This document shows, piece by piece, positions 7,897 through 17,544 of a DNA stretch of 24,000 bases (position 1 is its first letter; each line of letters opens with the position of its first letter). Source of the stretch: Alistipes sp. (GTDB lineage Bacteria > Bacteroidota > Bacteroidia > Bacteroidales > Rikenellaceae). The translations under genes were made by a program, and so were the position numbers. The notes beneath the pieces are model-generated. The model saw only the letters and a program-made list of their open reading frames with translations, was not told where the DNA came from and searched no databases. Location: positions 1-24,000 of the forward strand of contig JAGBFA010000006.1 of assembly GCA_017936685.1 (NCBI GenBank). The letters are read 5' to 3'.

Positions 7897-9216
7897 ATGG
7901 CACTGTTCAAGGTCGAAGGCGGACACCGCCTTCATGGTGAGATCACGCCTCAGGGCGCAAAGAATGAGGCACTTCAAATATTATGCGCCGCACTGCTGAC
8001 CCCCGAAGAGGTCGTAGTGCACAACGTACCCGACATAGTGGACGTCGTCCAGCTCATCGAGCTGATGGCGGCCATGGGCGTGCGCGTCAAGCGTCTTTCG
8101 GCCGACAGCTACTCGCTATGTGCCGAGCATATCGACCTCGACTATCTACGCAGCTCCGACTACCACCGCCGCTGCCGCCGTCTGCGCGGCTCGGTGATGA
8201 TGATCGGCCCGCTGCTGGCGCGCTTCGGCGTGGGATACATGCCCAAGCCCGGCGGCGACAAGATCGGCCGCCGACGTCTGGACACCCACTTCTTAGGATT
8301 CCAGAAGCTCGGTGCCTCGTTCAATTTCGATGCGGGAGAGGAGTTCTACTCGGTCGAGGGACGCAAGCTCAAAGGCACATACATGCTGCTCGACGAGGCC
8401 TCGGTGACCGGTACAGCCAACATCGTAATGGCCGCCGTGATGGCCGAGGGGCGCACGACGATCTACAACGCCGCATGCGAGCCGTATCTGCAACAGCTGT
8501 GCCGCATGCTCAACCGTATGGGTGCACGCATCTCTGGCATCGCCTCGAACCTGCTGACCATCGACGGCGTGCGCGAGTTGGGCGGTACGGAGCACACGAT
8601 GCTGCCCGACATGATCGAGGTGGGCAGCTTCATCGGCATGGCCGCCATGAACCGCTCGGAGCTGACCATCAAGAACGTATCCTACGACAATCTGGGCATC
8701 ATACCGGCGCAGTTCGCCCGCATGGGCATACGCTTCGAGCAGCGCGGCGACGACATCTACATTCCGCAGCAGGACAATTACAGCATAGAGAGTTTCATCG
8801 ACGGTTCGATCATGACCATAGCCGACGCTCCGTGGCCGGGACTCACGCCCGACCTGCTGTCGATATTCCTCGTGGTGGCCACGCAGGCCAAAGGTGCCGT
8901 GCTGATCCACCAAAAGATGTTCGAGAGCCGTCTGTTCTTCGTCGACAAGCTCATCGACATGGGGGCTCAGATCATACTCTGCGACCCGCACCGCGCCACG
9001 GTCATAGGCCACGACCACCGCATACAGCTGCGAGCCACCAAGATGACCTCGCCCGACATACGTGCCGGCGTGGCTCTGCTGATCGCCGCCATGAGTGCCG
9101 ACGGCACAAGCATCATACAGAACATCGAGCAGATCGATCGCGGCTACCGCAATATCGACGGCCGGTTGAATGCTCTGGGAGCACGCATCGAACGTATCGA
9201 CGAGTGCGCATTGTAG
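7897..9216 (+). CDS. murA: UDP-N-acetylglucosamine 1-carboxyvinyltransferase
   Basis: Full-length similarity by eye to E. coli MurA (GAKNEALQILCAALL, PDRIE-like PDMIEVGSF, DLRAG-like DIRAGVALLIAA, IDRGY). The active-site loop reads KPGGDKIGRRRLDTH. Confidence 0.95.
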   Translation: MALFKVEGGHRLHGEITPQGAKNEALQILCAALLTPEEVVVHNVPDIVDVVQLIELMAAMGVRVKRLSADSYSLCAEHIDLDYLRSSDYHRRCRRLRGSVMMIGPLLARFGVGYMPKPGGDKIGRRRLDTHFLGFQKLGASFNFDAGEEFYSVEGRKLKGTYMLLDEASVTGTANIVMAAVMAEGRTTIYNAACEPYLQQLCRMLNRMGARISGIASNLLTIDGVRELGGTEHTMLPDMIEVGSFIGMAAMNRSELTIKNVSYDNLGIIPAQFARMGIRFEQRGDDIYIPQQDNYSIESFIDGSIMTIADAPWPGLTPDLLSIFLVVATQAKGAVLIHQKMFESRLFFVDKLIDMGAQIILCDPHRATVIGHDHRIQLRATKMTSPDIRAGVALLIAAMSADGTSIIQNIEQIDRGYRNIDGRLNALGARIERIDECAL

Positions 9217-9260
9217 AGGTGCGGAGCAACTGAATGGAATTTTTGCAAGATTTATAAACG

Positions 9261-9842
9261 ATGTTTTTAGAGAACAACAAACAGAAAGGCTGGATCGAGG
9301 TGATCTGCGGCTCGATGTTCTCGGGCAAGACCGAGGAGCTTATACGGCGCATGAAGCGCGCGCAGTTCGCCAATCAGAGAGTGGAGATATTCAAACCGAT
9401 GATCGACGTGCGCTACTCCGACGAAGATGTCGTGTCGCACGACGCAAACGCCATACGCTCGACACCCGTCGACTCGCCGCAGAACATACTGCTGATGTCG
9501 ACCGACGTGGAGGTTGTCGGCATCGACGAGGCGCAGTTCTTCGACGACAGCATCGTCGAGGTGTGCCGTCAGCTGGCAGGCCGCGGCGTGAGAGTCATAG
9601 TCGCCGGACTGGACATGGATTACACGGGCAAGCCGTTCGGTCCGATGCCGGCATTGATGGCCACAGCCGAATATGTCACCAAGGTACATGCGATATGCGT
9701 TCGCTGCGGCGATCTGGCGCACCACTCGCACCGTCTTACGGCCGACGAGAAGCAGGTGATGTTAGGTGCTCAGGACTCCTACGAACCCATCTGCCGCCAC
9801 TGCTTCGACAGGCTCAGAGAGCAGGAACAGGAGAGCAGATAA
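9261..9842 (+). CDS. tdk: Thymidine kinase
   Basis: P-loop [11 protein letters not shown], then [10 protein letters not shown], and a C-terminal zinc-ribbon pair CVRCG...CRHC. Confidence 0.95.
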   Translation: MFLENNKQKGWIEVICGSMFSGKTEELIRRMKRAQFANQRVEIFKPMIDVRYSDEDVVSHDANAIRSTPVDSPQNILLMSTDVEVVGIDEAQFFDDSIVEVCRQLAGRGVRVIVAGLDMDYTGKPFGPMPALMATAEYVTKVHAICVRCGDLAHHSHRLTADEKQVMLGAQDSYEPICRHCFDRLREQEQESR

Positions 9843-9864
9843 CAGCACGGCAGTGATAAAATCG

Positions 9865-9904
9865 AAGAGGGTGCGCGTCAAATGTGACTTGCACCCTCTT
9901 TTTA
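9865..9904. terminator. Hairpin between convergent tdk and plsY, likely a bidirectional terminator
   Basis: A 10-bp stem, aagagggtgc / gcaccctctt, followed by tttt on the + strand. Confidence 0.7.
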
Positions 9905-9984
9905 TCCGCACTTCTCCGAAAGCGGTTCCAAACCGGCGATTGCCCGAATGCCGAAACATGCCCGACGAGCACCATACGTCCCGA

Positions 9985-10662
9985 TCAGTTCTTAGGCCAT
10001 ATATAGATCTTCGATTCGGTTCCGGCACGCAGACGCTCGATATTCTTGCGGTGAGTCCACACCAACAATATTGCCACCACCCACGAGAATACGATGAACG
10101 GCACGGACAACAGCGGAGCCGCAGGGTCGTAGGTCATCGTCGAGAAGATCATGACCAACACCGGAAAACAGCAGCCGGCGATGATCGAGGCCAAAGACAC
10201 ATAGTGCCATATCATCAGCACGAGGAACCAGATGCCGAAGCACAGCAGCACGATAGGCGGATAGATGCCCGTGATGGCACCGATCAGCGTCGCCACACCC
10301 TTGCCGCCCTTGAAATCGGCGAACACAGGGAATATGTGTCCCAGAACTACGGCAAATACCGCAATTATTTTCAGATTGATAAGCCATGCCTGATTGATCG
10401 TGTCGTCGTAGTTCATTATGGAAATAAGCATCACGGCGACGAAACCCTTGAAATAGTCGATGGCGAATACGGGCAGTGCGGCGCGCTTGCCCAGCACGCG
10501 CAACATGTTGGTCGTGCCGGCATTCTTGCTGCCATGCTCGCGAATATCTATTCCGTAATACTTCTTGCCTATCCATACGGCACTGGGGATAGAACCCAGC
10601 AGATAGGCGATAATCATCAGCGTTATAGCACAATAATATGTCTGTATATCCCAAGAACCCAT
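9985..10662 (-). CDS. plsY: Glycerol-3-phosphate acyltransferase PlsY
   Basis: AYLLGSIPSAVWIGKKYYGIDIREHGSKNAGTTNMLRVLG and FKGGKGVAT, in a multi-pass membrane protein. Confidence 0.9.
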   Translation of the reverse strand: MGSWDIQTYYCAITLMIIAYLLGSIPSAVWIGKKYYGIDIREHGSKNAGTTNMLRVLGKRAALPVFAIDYFKGFVAVMLISIMNYDDTINQAWLINLKIIAVFAVVLGHIFPVFADFKGGKGVATLIGAITGIYPPIVLLCFGIWFLVLMIWHYVSLASIIAGCCFPVLVMIFSTMTYDPAAPLLSVPFIVFSWVVAILLVWTHRKNIERLRAGTESKIYIWPKN

Positions 10663-10723
10663 AGAGTCTGTATTTTAAATTTCCAATATTTCCGAATCAG
10701 CGTCGTATAAGGCATATATATTG

Positions 10724-10731
10724 CAAAGATA
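10724..10731 (-). promoter_or_regulatory. Possible -7 box (TATCTTTG) for plsY
   Basis: The reverse complement of caaagata is TATCTTTG, about 60 nt upstream of the plsY ATG. I found no clear -33 TTTG. Confidence 0.35.
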
Positions 10732-10880
10732 GCAATATTTTGCCGACATCGAAAATTTTATTCCTAAATTTCGCAGCAGCCCGACATCATTGCATGCTTC
10801 TTCCCGCCTACGGCGACGGATTGCGCACGAGAAGTTTCACTTTTTCAACAATGAAACGCGTAAAATCGGAAATAATTTTA

Positions 10881-10888
10881 TATCTTTG
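10881..10888 (+). promoter_or_regulatory. Possible -7 box (TATCTTTG) for the yitT-family / miaB unit
   Basis: Exact TAnnTTTG match about 55 nt upstream of the ATG at 10942. I found no clear -33 element. Confidence 0.4.
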
Positions 10889-10941
10889 ATAACTTGAAAT
10901 TGCATCAAGTTTTCGATTTACATTTAAACATATTGATACAC

Positions 10942-11952
10942 ATGAATATCGACAGAAAAATAATAGCCTCCGTCAAAGATTCGCTCACGGACTGGCATTG
11001 GTGGGTATCGATCGTATCGATCGTCTTCGGCTGCACGATACTTGCGGCAGGATTCGCCCTGTTCATCAACCCCTACAACATCGTCCCGGGCGGTGTCTAC
11101 GGCATGGGACTGGTGCTGCACAACCTCTTTCCGAGCATACAGGTGGGTACGTTCGGCTACATGTTCGACATACCGCTGCTGATAACGGCCATCATCATCT
11201 TCGGAGGCAAGTTCGGCGGCCGCACGCTCTTTGCGGCACTCATCACACCGGGTATAATGAACATCATGTCGGCACTGGCCTACCCCACTCCCGAGGCATT
11301 GGAGGCACTCGATCCCGCGCAGCTCATGGGCGGCGTGATCGATCTGAGCGACCATCTTATGCTGGCGGCCATATTCGGCGGCGTGCTGAGCGGAATAGGC
11401 GTGGGTATCGTCGTGCGCAACAACGCCACCACGGGCGGCACCGACATCGTTGCGCTGCTATTGAACAAATTTCTGAAAATAAAATTCTCCAATGCCGTGC
11501 TTGCCGCCGACGCATTCGTGGTGCTGTGCGGTCTTGTGGTCATAGGCTTCGGTGTGGGCATGCAAGGCGACAGCGAACCCGAGGGCTGGCTGCTGTCGTT
11601 GTACTCGCTCGTGGCCATATTCGTCAACTCGCGAGTGCTGGCCTTCACCATCGACGGAGCCTCATACGACAAGCTGCTCTTCATCATCAGCGACTTCCAC
11701 AGCGAGGAGTTCCGCGAATACATCATCAAGGAGCTGGACCGCAGCGCGACCTATATCAAGGCACACGGCATGTATTCGCGCAACGAGAAGGAGATGATAT
11801 TTCTGGTCATAAGCCGCAACGAGGTGAAGAACGTGCAGCGCAAGATCCGCGAGATCGATCCGCGAGCCTTCGTTGTTGTGACCGATGCCTACGACACCTT
11901 CGGCGAGGGATTCAAGACCTTCCCCAAGGACGACGCGTTGCAGGTAGAGTAA
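10942..11952 (+). CDS. YitT-family membrane protein with a C-terminal DUF2179 domain
   Basis: INPYNIVPGGVYGMG and TTGGTDIVA membrane repeats, plus a C-terminal soluble domain (ATYIKAHGMYS...VVTDAYDTFGEGF). The ATG at 10942 is preferred to the TTG at 10894. Confidence 0.85.
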   Translation: MNIDRKIIASVKDSLTDWHWWVSIVSIVFGCTILAAGFALFINPYNIVPGGVYGMGLVLHNLFPSIQVGTFGYMFDIPLLITAIIIFGGKFGGRTLFAALITPGIMNIMSALAYPTPEALEALDPAQLMGGVIDLSDHLMLAAIFGGVLSGIGVGIVVRNNATTGGTDIVALLLNKFLKIKFSNAVLAADAFVVLCGLVVIGFGVGMQGDSEPEGWLLSLYSLVAIFVNSRVLAFTIDGASYDKLLFIISDFHSEEFREYIIKELDRSATYIKAHGMYSRNEKEMIFLVISRNEVKNVQRKIREIDPRAFVVVTDAYDTFGEGFKTFPKDDALQVE

Positions 11953-11975
11953 CAGGTTGAACCAAAGCACTTGAC

Positions 11976-13334
11976 ATGACAAACAACATACCGGTCAATA
12001 CGTTGCGTCCCATCATCGGCGACGGACGCAAACTCTTCATCGAGACATACGGCTGCCAGATGAACGTCGGCGACTCGGAGATAGTGGTATCCATCATGCA
12101 AAAGGAGGGATACGTCTACACCGACCGTATCGAGCAGGCCGACATAATACTCATAAACACCTGCTCGATACGCGACAACGCCGAGCAACGCATCTGGGGG
12201 CGGCTGAGCGAGATGCGACGTCTGCGCAAGCACAAGCCCTCGCTCATCGTGGGCATCATCGGCTGCATGGCCGAACGCCTGAAAGAGAAGCTCGTCGAGG
12301 GCGACTACGGCGTGGACGTCGTGGCAGGTCCCGATGCCTACCGCGATCTGCCGTCGCTCGTGCGCGAGGCCGAGGCGGGAGGCAAGGGTGTCAACGTGAT
12401 GCTCTCGCGCGAGGAGACCTACGCCGAGATCTCGCCCGTGAGACTCGACCGCAACGGCGTGAGCGCGTTCATAGCCATCATGCGCGGCTGCAACAACTAC
12501 TGTTCATACTGCGTCGTGCCCTACACGCGCGGCATAGAGCGCAGCCGCGATGCCGAGACCATCGTGGCCGAGGCGCGCCAGCTCTTCGACAACGGCTACC
12601 GCGAAGTGACGCTGTTGGGACAGAACGTAAATTCATATCGCACGGGCGAAGTGGATTTCCCCGAGCTGCTGCGCCGTGTGGCCGAGATATCGCCGCTGCT
12701 GCGTGTGCGCTTCGCCACCTCGCACCCCAAAGACATGAGCGACCGGCTGCTCGAAACCATGGCCTCGATGCCCAACATCTGCCGCGCCATTCATCTGCCG
12801 GCACAGTCGGGTGCCAGCACGATGCTCGAACGCATGAACCGCAAATACACGCGCGAGTGGTATCTCGACCGTGTGGCGGCCATTCGCCGCTACATGCCCG
12901 ACTGCGCCATCACCACCGACCTGATCGCCGGATTCTCGGGCGAGACCGAAGAGGAGCACCGGCAGACGCTGTCGCTGATGCGCGAGGTGGGTTACGATTT
13001 CGCCTACATGTTCAAATACTCCGAGCGACCGGGCACCTTCGCCCATCGTCATCTCCCCGACGATATCAGCGAGCAGGTCAAGACACGCCGTCTGACCGAG
13101 ATTATCGATCTGCAAAACACCCTCTCGGAGCAGAGCAACCGCCGCGACATAGGCAAGGAGTTCGAGATATTGGTCGAGTGCACCTCAAAGCGCAGCGAGG
13201 CACAGCTCTCGGGACGCACGTCGCAAAACAAGATGGTGGTATTCGACCGCGGCAGCCATAGCGTCGGCGACTACGTCAAGGTGCGTATCACGGGCTGCTC
13301 GTCGGCCACGCTCTTCGGCGAAGAGATACTTTAA
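11976..13334 (+). CDS. miaB: tRNA-2-methylthio-N6-dimethylallyladenosine synthase (radical SAM methylthiotransferase)
   Basis: KLFIETYGCQMN (UPF0004 domain), radical SAM motif CNNYCSYCVVPYTRG, and a C-terminal TRAM domain (DYVKVRITG). Confidence 0.95.
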   Translation: MTNNIPVNTLRPIIGDGRKLFIETYGCQMNVGDSEIVVSIMQKEGYVYTDRIEQADIILINTCSIRDNAEQRIWGRLSEMRRLRKHKPSLIVGIIGCMAERLKEKLVEGDYGVDVVAGPDAYRDLPSLVREAEAGGKGVNVMLSREETYAEISPVRLDRNGVSAFIAIMRGCNNYCSYCVVPYTRGIERSRDAETIVAEARQLFDNGYREVTLLGQNVNSYRTGEVDFPELLRRVAEISPLLRVRFATSHPKDMSDRLLETMASMPNICRAIHLPAQSGASTMLERMNRKYTREWYLDRVAAIRRYMPDCAITTDLIAGFSGETEEEHRQTLSLMREVGYDFAYMFKYSERPGTFAHRHLPDDISEQVKTRRLTEIIDLQNTLSEQSNRRDIGKEFEILVECTSKRSEAQLSGRTSQNKMVVFDRGSHSVGDYVKVRITGCSSATLFGEEIL

Positions 13335-13351
13335 TCGGCTGGCAGAATCAC

Positions 13352-13389
13352 AAAGGAGCGTCGCGCAGTGATGTGCGACGCTCCTTTTT
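13352..13389. terminator. Hairpin between convergent miaB and the acetyltransferase gene, likely a bidirectional terminator
   Basis: A 13-bp perfect stem, aaaggagcgtcgc / gcgacgctccttt, with T residues after it on the + strand and A/T symmetry for the - strand. Confidence 0.8.
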
Positions 13390-13406
13390 ATGCGTATGTA
13401 CGACAC

Positions 13407-13967
13407 CTAATCGCGCAATCGCCGTTTGATAACGGCCGGATTGCCGGCCACCAGCACATCGTCGGGCACATTGCGCGTGACGACACTGCCGGCAGCCACC
13501 ACCACCCTGTCGCCGATACTCACACCCGGGCAGATGGTCACGCTGCCGCCTATCCAACAATCCTCGCCTATGGTGATACCGTATGCCGTCTCGACGCTGC
13601 CACGCCGCTGCATATAGTCGATCGGGTGCTGCGGCGTATAGAGGCGGCAGCCGGGGCCGAGCTTCGTATGTCGTCCGATGCGGATACCGCCCGTATCGAG
13701 CATCGTGCACCCCGAGTTTATAAACACCTCTTCGCCCAGATATATCCTGTCGCCCATGTCGCAGAACAGCGGCTGCACGATATATGTCGATTCCGGGATC
13801 GACGGTATAAGCTCCTCCAAAGCCCGTCTGTATGCCTGCTGCTCGTATGGCGGAGTATTGTTCAGCTGCCACACAAGACGTCGCGCCCTCATCATGCGGC
13901 TTTCGATCTCCGGATCGGAGAAGTCGTACAACTCGCCCGCCAGCATCTTTTCGTATTCGCTCTTCAT
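13407..13967 (-). CDS. Sugar O-acetyltransferase of the maltose/galactoside acetyltransferase (Maa/LacA) family, left-handed beta-helix
   Basis: N-terminal Mac domain (MKSEYEKMLAGELYDFSDPEI...) and hexapeptide repeats (IGEDCWIGGSVTICPGVSIGDRVVVAAGSVV). The ATG at 13967 was chosen over the tracked 14078 start. Confidence 0.85.
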   Translation of the reverse strand: MKSEYEKMLAGELYDFSDPEIESRMMRARRLVWQLNNTPPYEQQAYRRALEELIPSIPESTYIVQPLFCDMGDRIYLGEEVFINSGCTMLDTGGIRIGRHTKLGPGCRLYTPQHPIDYMQRRGSVETAYGITIGEDCWIGGSVTICPGVSIGDRVVVAAGSVVTRNVPDDVLVAGNPAVIKRRLRD

Positions 13968-14113
13968 AACCCAATGTTTATAGTTGTAAAGGTAACATTT
14001 TACTCTCCTAAAACCAACTTCCACACTATAAATATCTATCGTCATCGTAGTTTGCCCAACGGCATAGCAGAGAACCAACGCGATACATCTGCCGGCAACC
14101 CGCCCTCTCGGCC

Positions 14114-14412
14114 GTCACTCCGAGAAGACAAAGGCAATGCGGGAGAGTCTGTATGCGGGGAGGAGGAGGTTTGTCGGCCCCAAAAAAAGAGATTCTCACG
14201 TCGCGATCTTCAATCGCTCCTCAGAATGACAGAGTGGGTATGCCAATCACACACATCGTCCCCAACCGGATTCTTCGTTCCACGTTGTTACACTCAGAAT
14301 GACAAGCCCTCCATGTCATGTTGAACGCAGTGAAGAATCTGATAACCGCTCCTCAGCACGACATTTCGCATAGAGAGACTCCCGCGGCGGGCGATGCCGC
14401 GGCGGGAGTGAC
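14114..14412. repeat. Second array (five or more modules) of the TGTCA-N4-GAG hairpin-repeat family, between the GH2 and acetyltransferase genes
   Basis: Modules are at about 14114-14151, 14189-14232, 14268-14304, 14314-14342 and 14373-14412. They are near-identical in core sequence to the modules at 1861-2400 and occur in mixed orientations. Confidence 0.8.
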
Positions 14413-14436
14413 GGGGTGACAGGTTATGCGATGCTG

Positions 14437-17400
14437 CTATCGGAGCGGGCGCAGCATGAATGTGAAGCGGTAGTCGCCGTAGGGCAGGGTGTACTCCTCG
14501 CGCGGCATGGCGTTCCAGCTGTTGACGCAGCCTACGCCCTGCTGTTTCAGATCGAAATTGACGTAGGTGCGACCGTCCGATTGCAGTTCGGTGAAGTGCT
14601 TGGCAGCCGATGCCGACATCAGGTCGATGCTCTCGGGCGAGTATGGCGTGGCCGACGCGGAGAACAGTGCATCGGAGCGTATCTCCAAGCCGCGTCCCGC
14701 GCTGTCGCGTATCTGCCACCAGCGCAGTGCGCAGTGGGTGCCCGACTCCTGCGGCCGCACGTAGAGCGGATAGAACTGTTCGTCCACACTCTGCACGTAA
14801 TGGCCGATGCGTGCGCCGCTGAGGCGGTCGCAGTAGTTTTCGAATGCCCCTGCACCGTAGAACTCCACGACATCGAACATCGACGGCATCGACATGGTCA
14901 TGCCGAAGCGCATCAGTTTCTTTATGTCGGTGCGGCTCTTATCGGCGGTCATGCTCTCGGTAGCAATCACCTCGCCGTCGGGACAGATGCGGTATGTCAT
15001 ATCGAGTGCGGCTCCCGTCTCGGCGATAAGATATGCGGCCGTGACGACGACGCATTCGCCCTCAGTCGCCATGTCGAACGATTGCAGCTGCAAAGAGACG
15101 TTGCGCCATACGAACCAGTTGTGCGACGGGTTGTTCTTCGCGCCTTCGTCGTTGTCGACGGGTGCGCGGTAGAAGTTGGGACGCAGTGCCGAGCAGAGCA
15201 TCTGTGTGCCGTCGTATTCGTAGTCCGATATGAATCCGTCGGCATCGAAGGTCACTCGGAAGCGGTCGCCGGTAACAGTGCGCGAATCGATGCGCAGAAT
15301 GCCTGTCGTATCCGATGCCGACACGGCCGCCGCTGCCGCCGTATGGAAGTGCGCCTCCGTATCGTAAGCCTTCAACACGATCTGGTCGTGCGCCACCTCG
15401 TAGCCCGCTTCGATCAGACCGTCGCGCCGTTTGAGCGTGTAGGACAGGTCGAGCAGGATCTCGTCGCCCGACAGTGCCACAACATCGTCGGCCGTGTAGC
15501 CTAACGACACTATGGCCGCCGTCTGCGGAGCTGCGTCGATGTTCTCCACCGTGCCGCACATCGCGGCCGCCCCGTCGACGAGCAGCTGCCAGCGGAGACG
15601 GTATTTCGACAGATCGATGAAGAAGTTTTCGTTGAATATCTCCACCGTGCCGCGGCCTGCTTCTCGGTCGCGCGAGAGTATGTTGCGCTGCTGGTATTTC
15701 ACCTCGTATGCGCCCGGGTGCCAGTCGCGGTTGGGTGCCACCACGCCGTTGCAGTTGAAGTTGCCGTCCGAGGCGTCGCGCTCGTTGTAGTCGCCGCCGT
15801 AGCGGTAGGTAAGCCTGCCGCTGTCGGGGTCGCGGTAGGCCAGTGCCTGATCGGCGAAGTCCCAGATGAAGCCGCCCTGATAGGCAGGATACTTGCGCAC
15901 CAGATCCCAATACTCCTTGAATCCGCCCAGCGAGTTGCCCATGGCGTGGGCATATTCGCACTGTATCAGCGGACGCGAGGGGTTGCCCGAGGCGTATCGC
16001 CGGCAGTGGTCGTAGCCGGCATACATCGGGCAGTAGATGTCGGTGTTGGAGTCGGTCCCGGCACGTTCGTACTGCACGGGACGGCTCTTGTCGTAGCTCT
16101 TGATCCACTCGTAGCACTTGTGGAAGTTGGTGCCGTTGCCGGCCTCGTTGCCCAAGCTCCAAATGATGATCGAGGGGTGGTTGTAGTCGCGCATCACCAT
16201 GCGGCGGTTGCGGACGAGGTGCGCGGCGAGGTAGTCCTCTCGCGCGGCGAGCGTCTTGTCGCCGTAGCCCATGCCGTGCGATTCGATGTCGGCCTCGTCG
16301 ACCAGATAGATGCCGTAGATGTCGCACAGGTCGTACCACAGCGGGTCGTTGGGATAGTGGCATGTGCGCACGGCGTTGAAATTGAGCCGCTTGATCGTCT
16401 CGATGTCGCGCATCATGTCCTCGCGCGTCTGGTAATAGCCCGTGTTGGGATTCATCTCGTGGCGGTTGACACCCTTGATATATATAGGCTGACCGTTGAC
16501 AAGCAGCTGACCGCCTGCAATCTCCACCTTGCGGAATCCGACGTTGAAGCCCGTCGCTTCGACAGTCCGCCTGCCGTCCGATGCCTCGACGGCCAGCCGG
16601 TAGAGGTTGGGCTCTTCGGCACTCCACTTGCGCGGATTCTCCACCTCGAAGCGTGTCGCGACACGGCCGCCGGCCACCGCACACTCTCTGCGGCAGAGGG
16701 TGTTGCCCTCGGCATCGGTCAGATGCAGTGCCACGCTCTTTACGCCGCGTGTCGCCGTTATATCGATGTCGAGCACGCCGTCGGTGCAGCCGTTCGTAAG
16801 ATCGGGTGTCAGCTTGATGTCGGTCATGCGACGCTTGTCGCGGCAGTAGATGTAGCAGTCGCGGCCTATGCCGGTCATGTGCCAGAAGTCCTGATCTTCG
16901 AGGTACGACCCGTCGCACCAGCGCATTATCTGCATGGCCATGAGGTTCTTCTCGCCGAACTTCACATATCGCGTTATGTCGAACTCGGCCTCCAACTTGC
17001 TGTCCTCGCTGTAACCGACCTCGCGGCCGTTGACCCACAGTGTCAGGTTGGAGGTGGCCGAGCCGATATGGACGAATATGTCGCGTCCGCGCCAGTCGGC
17101 CGGTATCTCTATCTCGCGGCGGTACGACCCGACGTGGTTCTGCTCGACGGGTACATACGGCGGATTGTCTTTAAAGAACTTGTGCCACGGATATGGTATG
17201 TTGGTGTAGACCGGATCGCCGTATCCGTTCAGCTCCCACAACCCCGGCACAGGCATCGTACCCCACGACGAGTCGTCGAAATCTGCGCGGTAGAACTCCT
17301 CTGGCCGCTCGGCAACAGTCTCTGCCCAGTGGAAGCTCCACTGGCCGCCTATCGAGCGGTACAGCGGCGAAGAGCGGAAGTCGTTGACATATCGCACCTC

Positions 17401-17544
17401 GCCGGCCGACGGGTAGACTATGAAGCTCGAACGCATAGGCTCCCGCTGCACTTCGAAGAGTTCGGGATCGAGCCATCTGGGCATCTGCGCCCCGACGACC
17501 TGAGAGGCCAGCAGCGCACACAACAGCAATTTGACAGGTTTCAT
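14437..17544 (-). CDS. lacZ: Exported GH2 beta-galactosidase (LacZ-like, with a C-terminal small-chain domain)
   Basis: Signal peptide MKPVKLLLCALLASQVVGAQ. The acid/base region is WSLGNEAGNG and the nucleophile region is CEYAHAMGNS, as in E. coli LacZ. Length is 1035 aa. Confidence 0.9.
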   Translation of the reverse strand: MKPVKLLLCALLASQVVGAQMPRWLDPELFEVQREPMRSSFIVYPSAGEVRYVNDFRSSPLYRSIGGQWSFHWAETVAERPEEFYRADFDDSSWGTMPVPGLWELNGYGDPVYTNIPYPWHKFFKDNPPYVPVEQNHVGSYRREIEIPADWRGRDIFVHIGSATSNLTLWVNGREVGYSEDSKLEAEFDITRYVKFGEKNLMAMQIMRWCDGSYLEDQDFWHMTGIGRDCYIYCRDKRRMTDIKLTPDLTNGCTDGVLDIDITATRGVKSVALHLTDAEGNTLCRRECAVAGGRVATRFEVENPRKWSAEEPNLYRLAVEASDGRRTVEATGFNVGFRKVEIAGGQLLVNGQPIYIKGVNRHEMNPNTGYYQTREDMMRDIETIKRLNFNAVRTCHYPNDPLWYDLCDIYGIYLVDEADIESHGMGYGDKTLAAREDYLAAHLVRNRRMVMRDYNHPSIIIWSLGNEAGNGTNFHKCYEWIKSYDKSRPVQYERAGTDSNTDIYCPMYAGYDHCRRYASGNPSRPLIQCEYAHAMGNSLGGFKEYWDLVRKYPAYQGGFIWDFADQALAYRDPDSGRLTYRYGGDYNERDASDGNFNCNGVVAPNRDWHPGAYEVKYQQRNILSRDREAGRGTVEIFNENFFIDLSKYRLRWQLLVDGAAAMCGTVENIDAAPQTAAIVSLGYTADDVVALSGDEILLDLSYTLKRRDGLIEAGYEVAHDQIVLKAYDTEAHFHTAAAAAVSASDTTGILRIDSRTVTGDRFRVTFDADGFISDYEYDGTQMLCSALRPNFYRAPVDNDEGAKNNPSHNWFVWRNVSLQLQSFDMATEGECVVVTAAYLIAETGAALDMTYRICPDGEVIATESMTADKSRTDIKKLMRFGMTMSMPSMFDVVEFYGAGAFENYCDRLSGARIGHYVQSVDEQFYPLYVRPQESGTHCALRWWQIRDSAGRGLEIRSDALFSASATPYSPESIDLMSASAAKHFTELQSDGRTYVNFDLKQQGVGCVNSWNAMPREEYTLPYGDYRFTFMLRPLR

